Positions 29,467 through 38,730 of a DNA stretch of 51,074 nucleotides are shown one piece after another (position 1 is the stretch's first letter; each line of letters begins with the position of its first letter). Source of the DNA: Myxococcota bacterium. GTDB lineage: Bacteria; Myxococcota_A; UBA796; GCA-2862545. The notes beneath the pieces were generated by a model that saw only the letters and a program-made list of their open reading frames with translations, did no database searches and was not told the DNA's origin. The DNA is taken from the NCBI GenBank assembly GCA_039208735.1, contig JBCCQY010000053.1, positions 1 to 51,074 of the forward strand, in the 5' to 3' direction. The position numbers were made by a program, and so were the translations under genes.

Positions 29467-31359
29467 ATGCCGTGGTCGGCGAGCGACAGTGAAGAGCTGT
29501 ACCAGGTGGCCTCATGGGGTCAAGGCTACTTCCAGGTCACCTCGGAGGGGCACCTCGCCCTGCAGGTCGGTGAAGGAGCGGGCATCGACCTCAAGGTCCT
29601 GGTCGACGACCTGCGGCGCCGTGGCATCCTGCTGCCGGTCCTGATTCGCTTCTCGGACCTCGTCCGGGCTCGAATCGAAGCGTTAGTCGGCGCCTTTGCG
29701 AAGGCCAGAGAAGAGTACGGCTACCGCGGGGAGTACCGCGGCGTCTACCCGATCAAGGTGAATCAGGACGCGCTGCTCGTTCAGGACGTGGTGCGCTTCT
29801 CGGCGCCCTACCACCTTGGCCTCGAGGCCGGCAGCAAGCCCGAACTCCTCATCGTCCTGGCCATGTTGGAGGACCCCGAGGCGGTCATCGTCTGCAATGG
29901 CTACAAAGACCGGGCCTACGTCCAGATGGCGTTACTCGCCCGAAAGCTGGGACGCAAGGTCATCGTGGTCATCGAACAGGTCGAAGAACTCGACCTCGTG
30001 TTGTCGGTTGCGGACGAGCTGGGCATCGACCCGGTGATCGGAGTCCGGGCCAAGCTGTCCGCCAAGGGCTCCGGTCGCTGGCAGACGTCGGCGGGCGACC
30101 GCGCGAAGTTTGGCCTGACGGCCCGCGACATCGTGCGGGTGGTGCACCGGCTACACAACGGCGAACGCCTTGGCTGCCTGCAGATGCTGCACTTCCACAT
30201 TGGCAGCCAGGTCACAAACATTCGCGCCTTCAACACCGCACTCCGCGAGGCGACCCGGCTCTACACGGAATTGGTTCGACTCGGTGCCCCTCTTCAGTAC
30301 TTCGACGTTGGGGGCGGCGTCGGCGTCGACTACGACGGCAGCCGAACGAACTTCGAATCCTCGATGAACTACGACATCCAAGAGTACGCGTTCACCGTGG
30401 TGGCGGCCATCCACGACGCCTGTGAGCGCGCAGGCATCGACCATCCGCAGATCGTGACCGAAGCGGGTCGCGCGATGGTCGCCCACCATGCCGCGTTGGT
30501 ATTCGACGTGCTTTCAGCTACTCGAATGCTCGATCCCACAGAACCGGTACCTCCCACCCAGGGAGCCTCCCAAGAGCACGCCGAGCTGTGGGAGGTCTAC
30601 AACGCGATCTCGACCAAGAACCTGCTCGAGCCCTTGCATGACGCGACCGACATCCGAGACCAAGCGCTGCTGAAGTTCAACCTGGGGCTGTTGGACCTCG
30701 AGGAGCGCGCGCGCATCGACGAGCTGTTCTTTGGCATCTGCCAACGCCTTCAACAGGTCGCTCAACGCGCTGAGGCACCCGTTCCCGAAGAGATCGAGCC
30801 CCTCGAACGCCTCCTCGCCGACACCTACACCTGCAACTTCTCGGTGTTTCAGTCGGCGCCGGATGCGTGGGCCATCAAGCAGATGTTTCCGGTGATGCCC
30901 ATTCACCGGCTGGACCGGGAGCCCACACGTCGGGCCGTGCTCGCCGACATTACCTGCGATTCCGACGGCAAGGTCGACCGATTCATCGACCGCCGCGACG
31001 TCAAATCCGTCCTTGAAGTCCACGAACTTTCGCCTTCAGAACCTTATTATCTCGGCATGTTCCTCGTGGGGGCCTACCAAGAGATCCTCGGCGACATGCA
31101 CAACCTGTTTGGCGACACGAACGCCGTGCATGTGAGAGCCTCCTCCGGAAAGTCCGGGTACAAGATCGACGCGGTGATCGAAGGCAATTCGATCCGAGAA
31201 GTGCTCAACTACGTGGCCTACGACCGCAAGCGGTTGATCGGAGTGCTACGTTCCCGCGTCGAAGGGGCCATCGAAGACGGAAGGTTGTCCCCCGAGGAGG
31301 GCGGCTTGTTGGTGAGCACCTACAATGCGGGCCTCGAGAGCTACACCTACTTGTCGTAG
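29467..31359 (+). CDS. speA: Biosynthetic arginine decarboxylase
   Basis: YPIKVNQ (PLP Lys), GLEAGSKPEL, CNGYKD, HFHIGSQ, DVGGGVGVDYDG, CNFSVFQS, DITCDSDG, GAYQEILGDMHNLFG. Confidence 0.97.
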   Translation: MPWSASDSEELYQVASWGQGYFQVTSEGHLALQVGEGAGIDLKVLVDDLRRRGILLPVLIRFSDLVRARIEALVGAFAKAREEYGYRGEYRGVYPIKVNQDALLVQDVVRFSAPYHLGLEAGSKPELLIVLAMLEDPEAVIVCNGYKDRAYVQMALLARKLGRKVIVVIEQVEELDLVLSVADELGIDPVIGVRAKLSAKGSGRWQTSAGDRAKFGLTARDIVRVVHRLHNGERLGCLQMLHFHIGSQVTNIRAFNTALREATRLYTELVRLGAPLQYFDVGGGVGVDYDGSRTNFESSMNYDIQEYAFTVVAAIHDACERAGIDHPQIVTEAGRAMVAHHAALVFDVLSATRMLDPTEPVPPTQGASQEHAELWEVYNAISTKNLLEPLHDATDIRDQALLKFNLGLLDLEERARIDELFFGICQRLQQVAQRAEAPVPEEIEPLERLLADTYTCNFSVFQSAPDAWAIKQMFPVMPIHRLDREPTRRAVLADITCDSDGKVDRFIDRRDVKSVLEVHELSPSEPYYLGMFLVGAYQEILGDMHNLFGDTNAVHVRASSGKSGYKIDAVIEGNSIREVLNYVAYDRKRLIGVLRSRVEGAIEDGRLSPEEGGLLVSTYNAGLESYTYLS

Positions 31360-31369
31360 AGGACATCGC

Positions 31370-33151
31370 ATGGACGACATCGCACCGCACTGGGACCTTG
31401 AGTCCGTGTGCCCTGGCGGCCCGGGTGGCGAGACCTTCATCGAACGGCATCGACGTTCGGCAGACGAACTGGCGGCGCTGCAGACGCGGGTCGAACAGCT
31501 CGGCCCCCTGGCAGGAGACCCCGACGGTTGGGCCACGTTGGTGCTCGACTTGGAGCAGGCGCGCATTCGCCTTCACGAACTGTCCACCTTCGCGGGGTGT
31601 TCGGCATCGGCCGACACACGATCGGGCGACGCCCGACGGGCCGAGGCGATGGTCGATGAACTCGACCAAGCGATCGATGGCGTCCGAGTGTGGCTCTCGG
31701 CCGCGGTCACCGAGGCGCCGGACGAGATCTTCACCCCCTGGGTGGCCCGAGACGCGCTTGCCGATGCCCGCCCCGCATTGCTGCATACGCGAGCGGGGGC
31801 ACGCTTCCAGCTGCCTCGCGAGCAGCAGTCGATCGTGGTGTCGATGGAGCGCGAATCGCTCACGGGCTGGGGACGCTTGTACGATCTCGTCGCGGGTGGG
31901 CTGACCTGGCCGCTGACGGTACGTGGCGAGACCCGAACGGTCGGGGTCGCGGAGCTGCTGTCCCGCCTGTCCGACGCTGACCCCGACGTCCGGCGGGCCG
32001 CCCATCATGCGCAGCACGCCGCCTGGGACAGCGTCAAGGACCTCTGCGCCCACACCCTGACCCAGATCACAGGGTCCCGGCAAACCCGCCAGGACCGCCT
32101 CGGCGTAGATCCCGTCTCGGTCAGCCTGCACCGCAATCGGCTGCAGCGCGCCACCCTCGACGCGATGTGGACGGTGGCCGACACCCTTCGACCCACGCTG
32201 GTCCGCTACCTCGAGCGCAAGGCCAAGCTCCTGGGCAAGTCCCAGCTCGACTGGTGGGACCTGGATGCTCCCCTCCAAGCAGGCGAATCCGACGCGCTTA
32301 CCTGGGACGGCACGACACACTCCATCGAGCAGGCGTTCGCCACCTTCCACCCAGATCTCTCGCAGTTCGCGCGACGCGCGTTCGACGGGCAGTGGATCGA
32401 CGCAGCCCCCGGACCCGATCGCCGCGCCGGCGGATTTTGCGCGAATCTCCCGGTGATGCGTCAGTCCCGCATCTTCATGACCTTCACCGGCTCGCACGAC
32501 AATGGCATGACGCTCGCCCACGAGCTTGGACACGCCTGGCACAACCATGTGATCAGTGAGCAATCCGGCTTCCGGCAGCGCCTCACGAGCGCGCTAGCCG
32601 AGACCGCGAGCACGTTTGCGGAGGCGATCTACCGCGACCAAGTGCTCGAAGCGGCCACCGACCGGCAAACCCGCGTGCTCATGCTGGACCAGGAACTCCA
32701 GGCTGCCGTCGCCTTCCTGATGAACATCCCGTTTCGATTCAAGTTCGAGGAGCGACTGTACGAACTTCGCCGGAAAGGGTCCTTCAACCCTGATGAGCTG
32801 TCGGCCGAGATGGTGCGGTTCCAGCGTGAGACCTACGCCGACGCACTTGCTTCCTACAGTCCGCTCTTCTGGTGCTGGAAACTCCACTACTACATTCCGA
32901 GCTTCGGGTTCTATAACTGGCCCTACACGTTCGGATACCTGTTCTCCGCCGCGGTTTATGCACGCGCCAAGGCGGAAGGCCCCTCGTTCATGCCGGCCCT
33001 CCAAGACCTGCTTCGCCGCACGGGGTGGCAGGACACCGAGCCTCTCGTGGCGGAAACGATGAACGCCGACACGACCGAGCCGGCCTTCTGGGCCAGTGCC
33101 GCAGCGCCCATCGCCGAAAAGGTTCAAACCTTCCTAGAGTTGACGGACTGA
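31370..33151 (+). CDS. M3B oligoendopeptidase F family
   Basis: WDL start, WID......R.GGFC, HELGHAWH zinc motif, AETASTFAE, FYNWPYTFGYLF. Confidence 0.94.
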   Translation: MDDIAPHWDLESVCPGGPGGETFIERHRRSADELAALQTRVEQLGPLAGDPDGWATLVLDLEQARIRLHELSTFAGCSASADTRSGDARRAEAMVDELDQAIDGVRVWLSAAVTEAPDEIFTPWVARDALADARPALLHTRAGARFQLPREQQSIVVSMERESLTGWGRLYDLVAGGLTWPLTVRGETRTVGVAELLSRLSDADPDVRRAAHHAQHAAWDSVKDLCAHTLTQITGSRQTRQDRLGVDPVSVSLHRNRLQRATLDAMWTVADTLRPTLVRYLERKAKLLGKSQLDWWDLDAPLQAGESDALTWDGTTHSIEQAFATFHPDLSQFARRAFDGQWIDAAPGPDRRAGGFCANLPVMRQSRIFMTFTGSHDNGMTLAHELGHAWHNHVISEQSGFRQRLTSALAETASTFAEAIYRDQVLEAATDRQTRVLMLDQELQAAVAFLMNIPFRFKFEERLYELRRKGSFNPDELSAEMVRFQRETYADALASYSPLFWCWKLHYYIPSFGFYNWPYTFGYLFSAAVYARAKAEGPSFMPALQDLLRRTGWQDTEPLVAETMNADTTEPAFWASAAAPIAEKVQTFLELTD

Positions 33152-33152
33152 C

Positions 33153-34619
33153 ATGGACATCGTCTTCGTCTCGGCCGAGGTCACCCCGTACTCCAAAGTC
33201 GGCGGGCTCGCCGACGTCGCCGGGTCCCTTCCGCTGGCCCTTGGCAAACTGGGACACCGCGTCAGTGTGGTCACGCCCTACTACCCCACGAGCGGCGGAC
33301 CCTACCCTCGAGTAGGGGGCACCTGGGTCGATGTCTTTGGCGGGCGCCACGAAGTCGCCCTGCTCGAAGGACCCTCTCACGAGAACGTGCGCACCATCTT
33401 CGTCGACAACCCAGCGTTTCACCGCCACGGGGTGTACGGCGACAAGCACGGCGCGTTCGGTGACAACCACTTTCGCTACGTGTTGTTGTCGTTGGGGGCG
33501 CTCGAACACGCCACGGATGTCGCCGACCGGGTCGTCTTCCACATCAACGACTGGCACACCGCCCTTCTTCCGCTCTACCTGAAAGAGTGGGTGAATCCAC
33601 GTGGGCTCCATCGACACTCCCCCGTCGTGCTCGGGCTTCACAACATGCAGCACCAGGGGCAGACCGCCCCCGAGACGTTTGGAGGCCTCAACCTCGGTTC
33701 AGCATGGTGGCCCATGACCGAGTTCGATGGGGCCCTGAATCCGCTGAAAGCCGGCATCGTGACGGCCGACGCGCTCGTGACGGTTTCGCCGACCTACCGC
33801 AACGAAATCCTTGGAGACCAAGGCTTTGGTCTGCAGGGCGTGCTTCGGGCTCGCCAGGACCGGCTGTCAGGCATCCTCAATGGCATCGACACCCTCGATT
33901 GGGATCCGGCTCGAGATGAGCACCTGCCCGCGCGGTTTTCGGTCGACAAGCTGGGCGGAAAGGGTGTTTGCAAGGCCGAACTCCAGGCCGAGCTGGGGCT
34001 TCCGGTACGGCCTGAAGTGCCGCTCTTGGGACTCGTGAGCCGGTTGGTCCACCAGAAGGGCATCGATCTGGTCGAGTCCGTCGTGCCATGGCTCCTCGCC
34101 CAAGACGTCCAACTCGTCATGCTGGGGTCGGGCCAGCCTCACTTCGAACGGTTCTTGCGCGAGGTAGAGCAGCGCTGGCCACAAAAGGCGAGGGGCTGGG
34201 TCGGCTTTTCCGAACGGATGGCCCATCGCATCGAAGCCGCGGCGGACATGTACCTCATGCCCTCCCGCTTTGAGCCATGTGGGCTCAACCAGATGTACTC
34301 GATGCGCTACGGCACCATTCCCATCGTGCATCGCACAGGCGGTCTGGCCGATACCGTGCCTACGTGGAACCCCGCCGAAGAGGGCGGGACAGGCTGGGCG
34401 TTCTCGCCGCTCACCGCGGACGCTTTCATCCAGGCCTTGCGGTTCGCGCTCGACACCTACCACCATCACCCCACAGCGTGGCGGCAGCTCCAGCGCAACG
34501 GCATGCTCACGGACTTCTCCTGGGCCCGCGCGGCGCTGGAGTACGTCGAGGTATACGAGCGGGTTCTCAAAGCCACGGGGCCGAAAGCCCTCAAGGCTTC
34601 GAGCATTCGACCCGTCTGA
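33153..34619 (+). CDS. glgA: Glycogen synthase (GT5)
   Basis: KVGGLADV, HINDWHT, HNMQHQG, GILNGID, SRLVHQKG, PSRFEPCGLNQMY, TGGLADTV. Confidence 0.96.
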   Translation: MDIVFVSAEVTPYSKVGGLADVAGSLPLALGKLGHRVSVVTPYYPTSGGPYPRVGGTWVDVFGGRHEVALLEGPSHENVRTIFVDNPAFHRHGVYGDKHGAFGDNHFRYVLLSLGALEHATDVADRVVFHINDWHTALLPLYLKEWVNPRGLHRHSPVVLGLHNMQHQGQTAPETFGGLNLGSAWWPMTEFDGALNPLKAGIVTADALVTVSPTYRNEILGDQGFGLQGVLRARQDRLSGILNGIDTLDWDPARDEHLPARFSVDKLGGKGVCKAELQAELGLPVRPEVPLLGLVSRLVHQKGIDLVESVVPWLLAQDVQLVMLGSGQPHFERFLREVEQRWPQKARGWVGFSERMAHRIEAAADMYLMPSRFEPCGLNQMYSMRYGTIPIVHRTGGLADTVPTWNPAEEGGTGWAFSPLTADAFIQALRFALDTYHHHPTAWRQLQRNGMLTDFSWARAALEYVEVYERVLKATGPKALKASSIRPV

Positions 34620-34830
34620 ACAAACATCAGCCTGGACCTGATTTTTCTGGCGTTGACCAGAGCCTATAGCGGTTTTCGCCCTGCTCGCACCGTGACCGAT
34701 TCGTTCCGCGACCCATCGCTGGAGCGCTCAAAGACCATGAACTCGCGCAGCTCGCTGAGCATCTGAGCCGCCGAGGTGGTCCAAGGGCCGGTCGGTCGGC
34801 TGGCTTCTCTGGAGCGACCCCGGCGACCCG

Positions 34831-35382
34831 TCAGGTGGATGAGGGCCCGGTGCTCGAGCGAACGACCTGGAGGATGACCTCCACTTGACGACGCACTTCG
34901 TCAAGATCGAAGGGGGCGTCGGGCTCGTAGGGGTTCAGATCGACCTCCACGTCGAAGCCGCATGCGGAGAGACGGAGGGTGAAGTGGGGCCAGCCGCGCT
35001 CGGCCTCACCGTCCTCGGCCGGGGGTGGCAGGGCGCTATCGAGCACGCTAAGCGCGGGGGCGGTGAAGCGAATCAACGGGAATGCGGCCTCGGGGTTCAC
35101 GACGGTGACCTTCACGTCCTTCGCATGCCGAGCGTCCTGGGCTTCGAGCAGATTTCGGACCTGGGGGAGCGTCTCGGCGAGGCGCTGCTCCATGGCCTGG
35201 GCGAGTGAACGACGGATCGCCGGAGTGACCGCGTTGTGCGGGTCTGGGTCGGCGCCCACCTGAAGCACAGGGTAGTGATGCAGCGCGAGCACGCCCTGTC
35301 CTCCGCTGACCGTCAGCGTAAGGTCGCCTTCGTCTAACGGAATGCCGGTCGCGTCGTAGATCGCCTGGGTCCAGTTGTCCAT
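34831..35382 (-). CDS. Hypothetical protein
   Basis: 183-aa ORF with natural composition and GGAG before ATG; no recognised motif. Confidence 0.65.
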   Translation of the reverse strand: MDNWTQAIYDATGIPLDEGDLTLTVSGGQGVLALHHYPVLQVGADPDPHNAVTPAIRRSLAQAMEQRLAETLPQVRNLLEAQDARHAKDVKVTVVNPEAAFPLIRFTAPALSVLDSALPPPAEDGEAERGWPHFTLRLSACGFDVEVDLNPYEPDAPFDLDEVRRQVEVILQVVRSSTGPSST

Positions 35383-35440
35383 GCTCCGCTCATCCCGTCC
35401 ATGTGAGGTCCGACGTACGGTCACGCCCGGCTCGTCAAAC

Positions 35441-37006
35441 TTATCGGGCGCGGACCGGTGCCGGCAGTCCGAAGGTCCCGAACTGCTCGGCCAGGGCCAC
35501 CGACCGCGGAAGCGTGTGCTCCAGCGACCACTTGCTGTTGCTCAGGCTCGTTCGCTCTTCCTGGTGCGCCAACGAACCATTCCTGGCCTCATCGTCGTCG
35601 ATGAGCGCACACAAGGAGTTGGCGCAGCCCAGGAAGAAGATCCGCTCACCCGCGAGCCGGCCCGCAATTCGCTTGCCTGTCAGGGTCTTTGGGGCGGCCG
35701 TGAAGCGCTCGACCTCGTCGTCCCACCGACCGCCGTGGAACCGGATGTCGCCCTCGACGAAGCGATACTCGAGCCGCTGCATCCTCGAGGCCAACGCGTT
35801 GAAGCGGCCCGTGCAGTCGATGACGAAGTCGACTTCGATAGTCTCCGACTCGGTTCCGAGGACCAGCGCACCGGGCCGGTGCACCAACGATCGGAGTCGC
35901 TCGGGAACCAGCCGGACCAGGTTCTTTGCCCGCATCCACACCTGATAGGAGAGCTCGAACGGGTCGTCTCCGTCCCAGAACAGCTCGATGAGGCCACCGG
36001 AATGGCAGTACCGAGTCTTGTTCGCAAAGAAGTAGTCCCGGATATGCCTGGCTTTCTGGCCGATCCACACGATTGAGCGCGGCCGAGGCGTCGGTGCCCG
36101 CGACAGCCCATAGTCCTCGTTCGGATACGCGAGGGGCAGCAAGCGCTCCATTACACAGTTGGCCGTGTCGCCGGCGCCGATCACGGCCACCCGCTGATCT
36201 TCGAGGCGTGCCGCAAACGAAGGGTCCTGCCAGCAGCGGGAGAGCAGATCGTCTCCGAAGATGACGCGGTCGGAGCGCCGGTCCAGCGAGAACGCGTTGG
36301 TCTTCGGAGCCCCCAGACCGTTGCAGACGACGACGCACTTCGCACGCACGCGGCGGTCTCGCGAGGCGACCTCGTAGCCACCGGTCGCCCGCGAGAGGGC
36401 CTCGACCTCGAAGCCGAACCGGATGTCAGCATCGGCGTGAAGGTGGACCATTGTCGCCAGTTCGTGCAGATGCTTGGCCGTCGGAAACGGCGTCTCAGCC
36501 AGCTCGTCGAAGTCGCTTAGCTGCACGAAGTGCCCCGGCACGACGTTCGCGTTGAGGCCAACCTTCGAGAACGTGGGTGAGTTCAGGACCAACGCGTCCC
36601 CGAGCCGTGCGAACGTCGAGCAGATCTCGTGGCTCTTCTCCACGACGACCGTGCGGAGTGGCGACCCGGTTCGTCGCAGCGTGTAAAGGAATGCGGCTGC
36701 ATGAACGCCCGCACCGATCAGAACGATGTCGTACCCTTCGGAGGGTCGCTCGCACGTGCGCCCGAGCCACCGCATCGCCGTGTCGACGTACCGCCCCCGG
36801 CCCTCGTGGTTGGCCACGTAGTCTCGCACCTGGTCCGCCAACGGACTCTCACAAGGGTCGTCAAGTCGGCCCTCCTCTTGGAGCAAGGCCTCGACGACCT
36901 CGCGACTCCGGCCGAACAATCCGGCGTCTCGCTGGCCGGTCCGAGTCGGAGCGACCGGACCTGGGGATCTCCATCTGGGCCCGTCGCCGAGCGGTGGACG
37001 GCGCAT
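35441..37006 (-). CDS. FAD/NAD(P)-dependent oxidoreductase (two-Rossmann, flavin monooxygenase-like); true start uncertain
   Basis: YDIVLIGAGVHAA and RVAVIGAGDTA dinucleotide motifs, VVVCNG, VIDCTG; the first ~30 aa look non-native. Confidence 0.75.
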   Translation of the reverse strand: MRRPPLGDGPRWRSPGPVAPTRTGQRDAGLFGRSREVVEALLQEEGRLDDPCESPLADQVRDYVANHEGRGRYVDTAMRWLGRTCERPSEGYDIVLIGAGVHAAAFLYTLRRTGSPLRTVVVEKSHEICSTFARLGDALVLNSPTFSKVGLNANVVPGHFVQLSDFDELAETPFPTAKHLHELATMVHLHADADIRFGFEVEALSRATGGYEVASRDRRVRAKCVVVCNGLGAPKTNAFSLDRRSDRVIFGDDLLSRCWQDPSFAARLEDQRVAVIGAGDTANCVMERLLPLAYPNEDYGLSRAPTPRPRSIVWIGQKARHIRDYFFANKTRYCHSGGLIELFWDGDDPFELSYQVWMRAKNLVRLVPERLRSLVHRPGALVLGTESETIEVDFVIDCTGRFNALASRMQRLEYRFVEGDIRFHGGRWDDEVERFTAAPKTLTGKRIAGRLAGERIFFLGCANSLCALIDDDEARNGSLAHQEERTSLSNSKWSLEHTLPRSVALAEQFGTFGLPAPVRAR

Positions 37007-37009
37007 GAG

Positions 37010-37252
37010 CTACCCACCCCTAGCGGAAGTTGCGGGTCTGGCCTTGGGCAACCAGGTGAGCGAGGAGCGGTGCAGCGAGATGAGCACCCGCCCCACAAGC
37101 TTGTGGTAGGCGAAGGTCGTGTCAGCGCGGGTCGCGTTTCCATCGCCATCCGGCTCTTCGGCGGTGACAAAGCCGTAGAGGTCCTGCAGGCCGTCGACAT
37201 CCCGGTCGATGACCTCGGCTTTGGTCGTGGGCTGGAACTTGCGGTTCGACAT
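37010..37252 (-). CDS. Short ORF or gene fragment, in frame with the downstream oxidoreductase
   Basis: MSNRKFQPTT... with plausible codon usage for about 60 codons; ends at TAG one codon before ATG 37006. Confidence 0.4.
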   Translation of the reverse strand: MSNRKFQPTTKAEVIDRDVDGLQDLYGFVTAEEPDGDGNATRADTTFAYHKLVGRVLISLHRSSLTWLPKARPATSARGG

Positions 37253-37310
37253 CGTTGGCTTCTCGGGAGGATGGCCCAAAGGCACCGGTCGCGACCCTCC
37301 GCGCTGAGCG

Positions 37311-37335
37311 ACTATTGCAACTCGGATGCAATAGT
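37311..37335. promoter_or_regulatory. Perfect palindrome ACTATTGCA-N7-TGCAATAGT, candidate operator
   Basis: 9-bp perfect arms in an AT-rich intergenic patch about 60 bp upstream of the 37252 start. Confidence 0.55.
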
Positions 37336-37486
37336 ATCTCTATCTCAATTGAAGGAAGGGCGAGCCTCAGTGTGGATTATTCAGATTTCATCTGATGAAA
37401 GAACAGGTCGGTAGGACATGTCGGACCTGCGAACGATGGTGCCAGGTGCGGACATGACAAACAGGAGCCTGCGTTCCGGCGCTCGG

Positions 37487-37682
37487 CTTCACCGCGTCGG
37501 GAAGAGCGCCTGCATTCGCGACTGGATGCGAGCCACGCCGACCATTCCATCGTCACGATCCTCGGCCTCGGCCCAAATGCCGAGGCCGAGGTCGCCCAAC
37601 AGGGCCTCGGTGTAGACCCGTCGGGGATCTCCCAGGCTACCTGGCCGTCTTCTTCACGCGCGCCGTGGGGCAACACCTCGCC
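37487..37682 (-). pseudogene. Possible frameshifted gene remnant
   Basis: GEVLPHGAREEDGQVAWEIPDG in one frame continues as VYTEALLGDLGLGIWAEAEDRDDGMVGVARIQSRMQALFPTR* in another; no clear start. Confidence 0.3.
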
Positions 37683-37798
37683 AGGTAGGACCCCGGAGTA
37701 ACGCAGCTTATGCCACCTTCAACTCGTCGTGCGGCCCGAGCCGCGCGACGCTTCAAAGGAGCGTGGAGCATCTATCTACGGGCTTTGACCTAGGCGTT

Positions 37799-38719
37799 CT
37801 AGATGTCTTCGATGGAGCCTGCCTTCAGGGCTAGCTCTGCAATCGCGAGCTTTGGCTGGCCCCCCGGGTAGACGTCAACGACCTCAATCTCGATGTCGCC
37901 CCACGAACCACCGGTGTAGCCCATCAGGTACGGCAACAAGACGTTCTGCTTGATGCCAGGCTTGTCGTCGAGGGTGTGCGTCACCTCCGCACCGTTGGCG
38001 CGGATGGTGATGGACTTAGGGCGTGCGTAGGCCTTGCCGGCCTGGATCACGTCGAGTGAGGACAGCCCGTAGCCGGGAGCCTGGACCGAGAACGTGCCCG
38101 AAAGGTCATCGCTGACCCACACCCGGCTCCGGTTGCCATCGACGAGGTACTCTCCCTTGCCGCTTGCCGGTGCGGAGTTGAGGCGCAGCGTTCCGGCTTC
38201 GAACTCCTGGAGCTGGACACGAACCTCAGACACCGCGAGGTTGGGGTAGTCCTTGCCGGGGTAGACGCTGGTGACGGTGATTTTGACCCGGCCCCCGCTC
38301 AGCAGCTCACCGCCCACCTTCGTGTCGGGCAATTCGACAACCTGCCAGCCCCGTTGATCCTTGAAGGTGACGGTGCCTTCGCCCTTGAGCTGAGGCTCCC
38401 CGCCTCCCGTCTCGAAGATCTCGACCTTGGCCGTCTTGACTCGAGCATAGTCTTTGAAGACATCGTCGCTCTCCTCCCAGCCGATCATCATTCCGAGCTT
38501 GTCGATAGTCGCCGCCGGAGTGTCGATCGCAATCCAGCTGCCCACGTTCTTCTGCTCGGGATCCACCTGCCAGCACGTTTCGGGCTTGCCGTCCATCGCG
38601 CTTGCGGCGTTCCAGTAGTTGGCCCCGAGGCGGCTCTCCTTCTTGAAGGACGACACCTCGGAGCCCGCGAGTGCATCACCCGAGAGCAGCACGAAGGCCA
38701 TCACAGCGAGATTCGTCAT
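37799..38719 (-). CDS. Secreted protein with tandem discoidin/F5-8-like (galactose-binding fold) domains
   Basis: Signal peptide; AMDGKPETCW...YARVK...ITVTSVYPGK..LAVSEV, repeated as LVDGNRSRVW...YARPK...VVDVYPG..LAIAEL. Confidence 0.75.
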   Translation of the reverse strand: MTNLAVMAFVLLSGDALAGSEVSSFKKESRLGANYWNAASAMDGKPETCWQVDPEQKNVGSWIAIDTPAATIDKLGMMIGWEESDDVFKDYARVKTAKVEIFETGGGEPQLKGEGTVTFKDQRGWQVVELPDTKVGGELLSGGRVKITVTSVYPGKDYPNLAVSEVRVQLQEFEAGTLRLNSAPASGKGEYLVDGNRSRVWVSDDLSGTFSVQAPGYGLSSLDVIQAGKAYARPKSITIRANGAEVTHTLDDKPGIKQNVLLPYLMGYTGGSWGDIEIEVVDVYPGGQPKLAIAELALKAGSIEDI

Positions 38720-38730
38720 CGGGGACCTCC

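Noticed and set aside
31205..32563. 452-aa minus-strand ORF
   Set aside because: Shadow of the oligoendopeptidase gene
37010..37012. Pyrrolysine or genome-wide amber recoding
   Set aside because: TAG is used as a normal stop in conserved genes here (speA, fusA, hemL) and no pyl genes are present in the window
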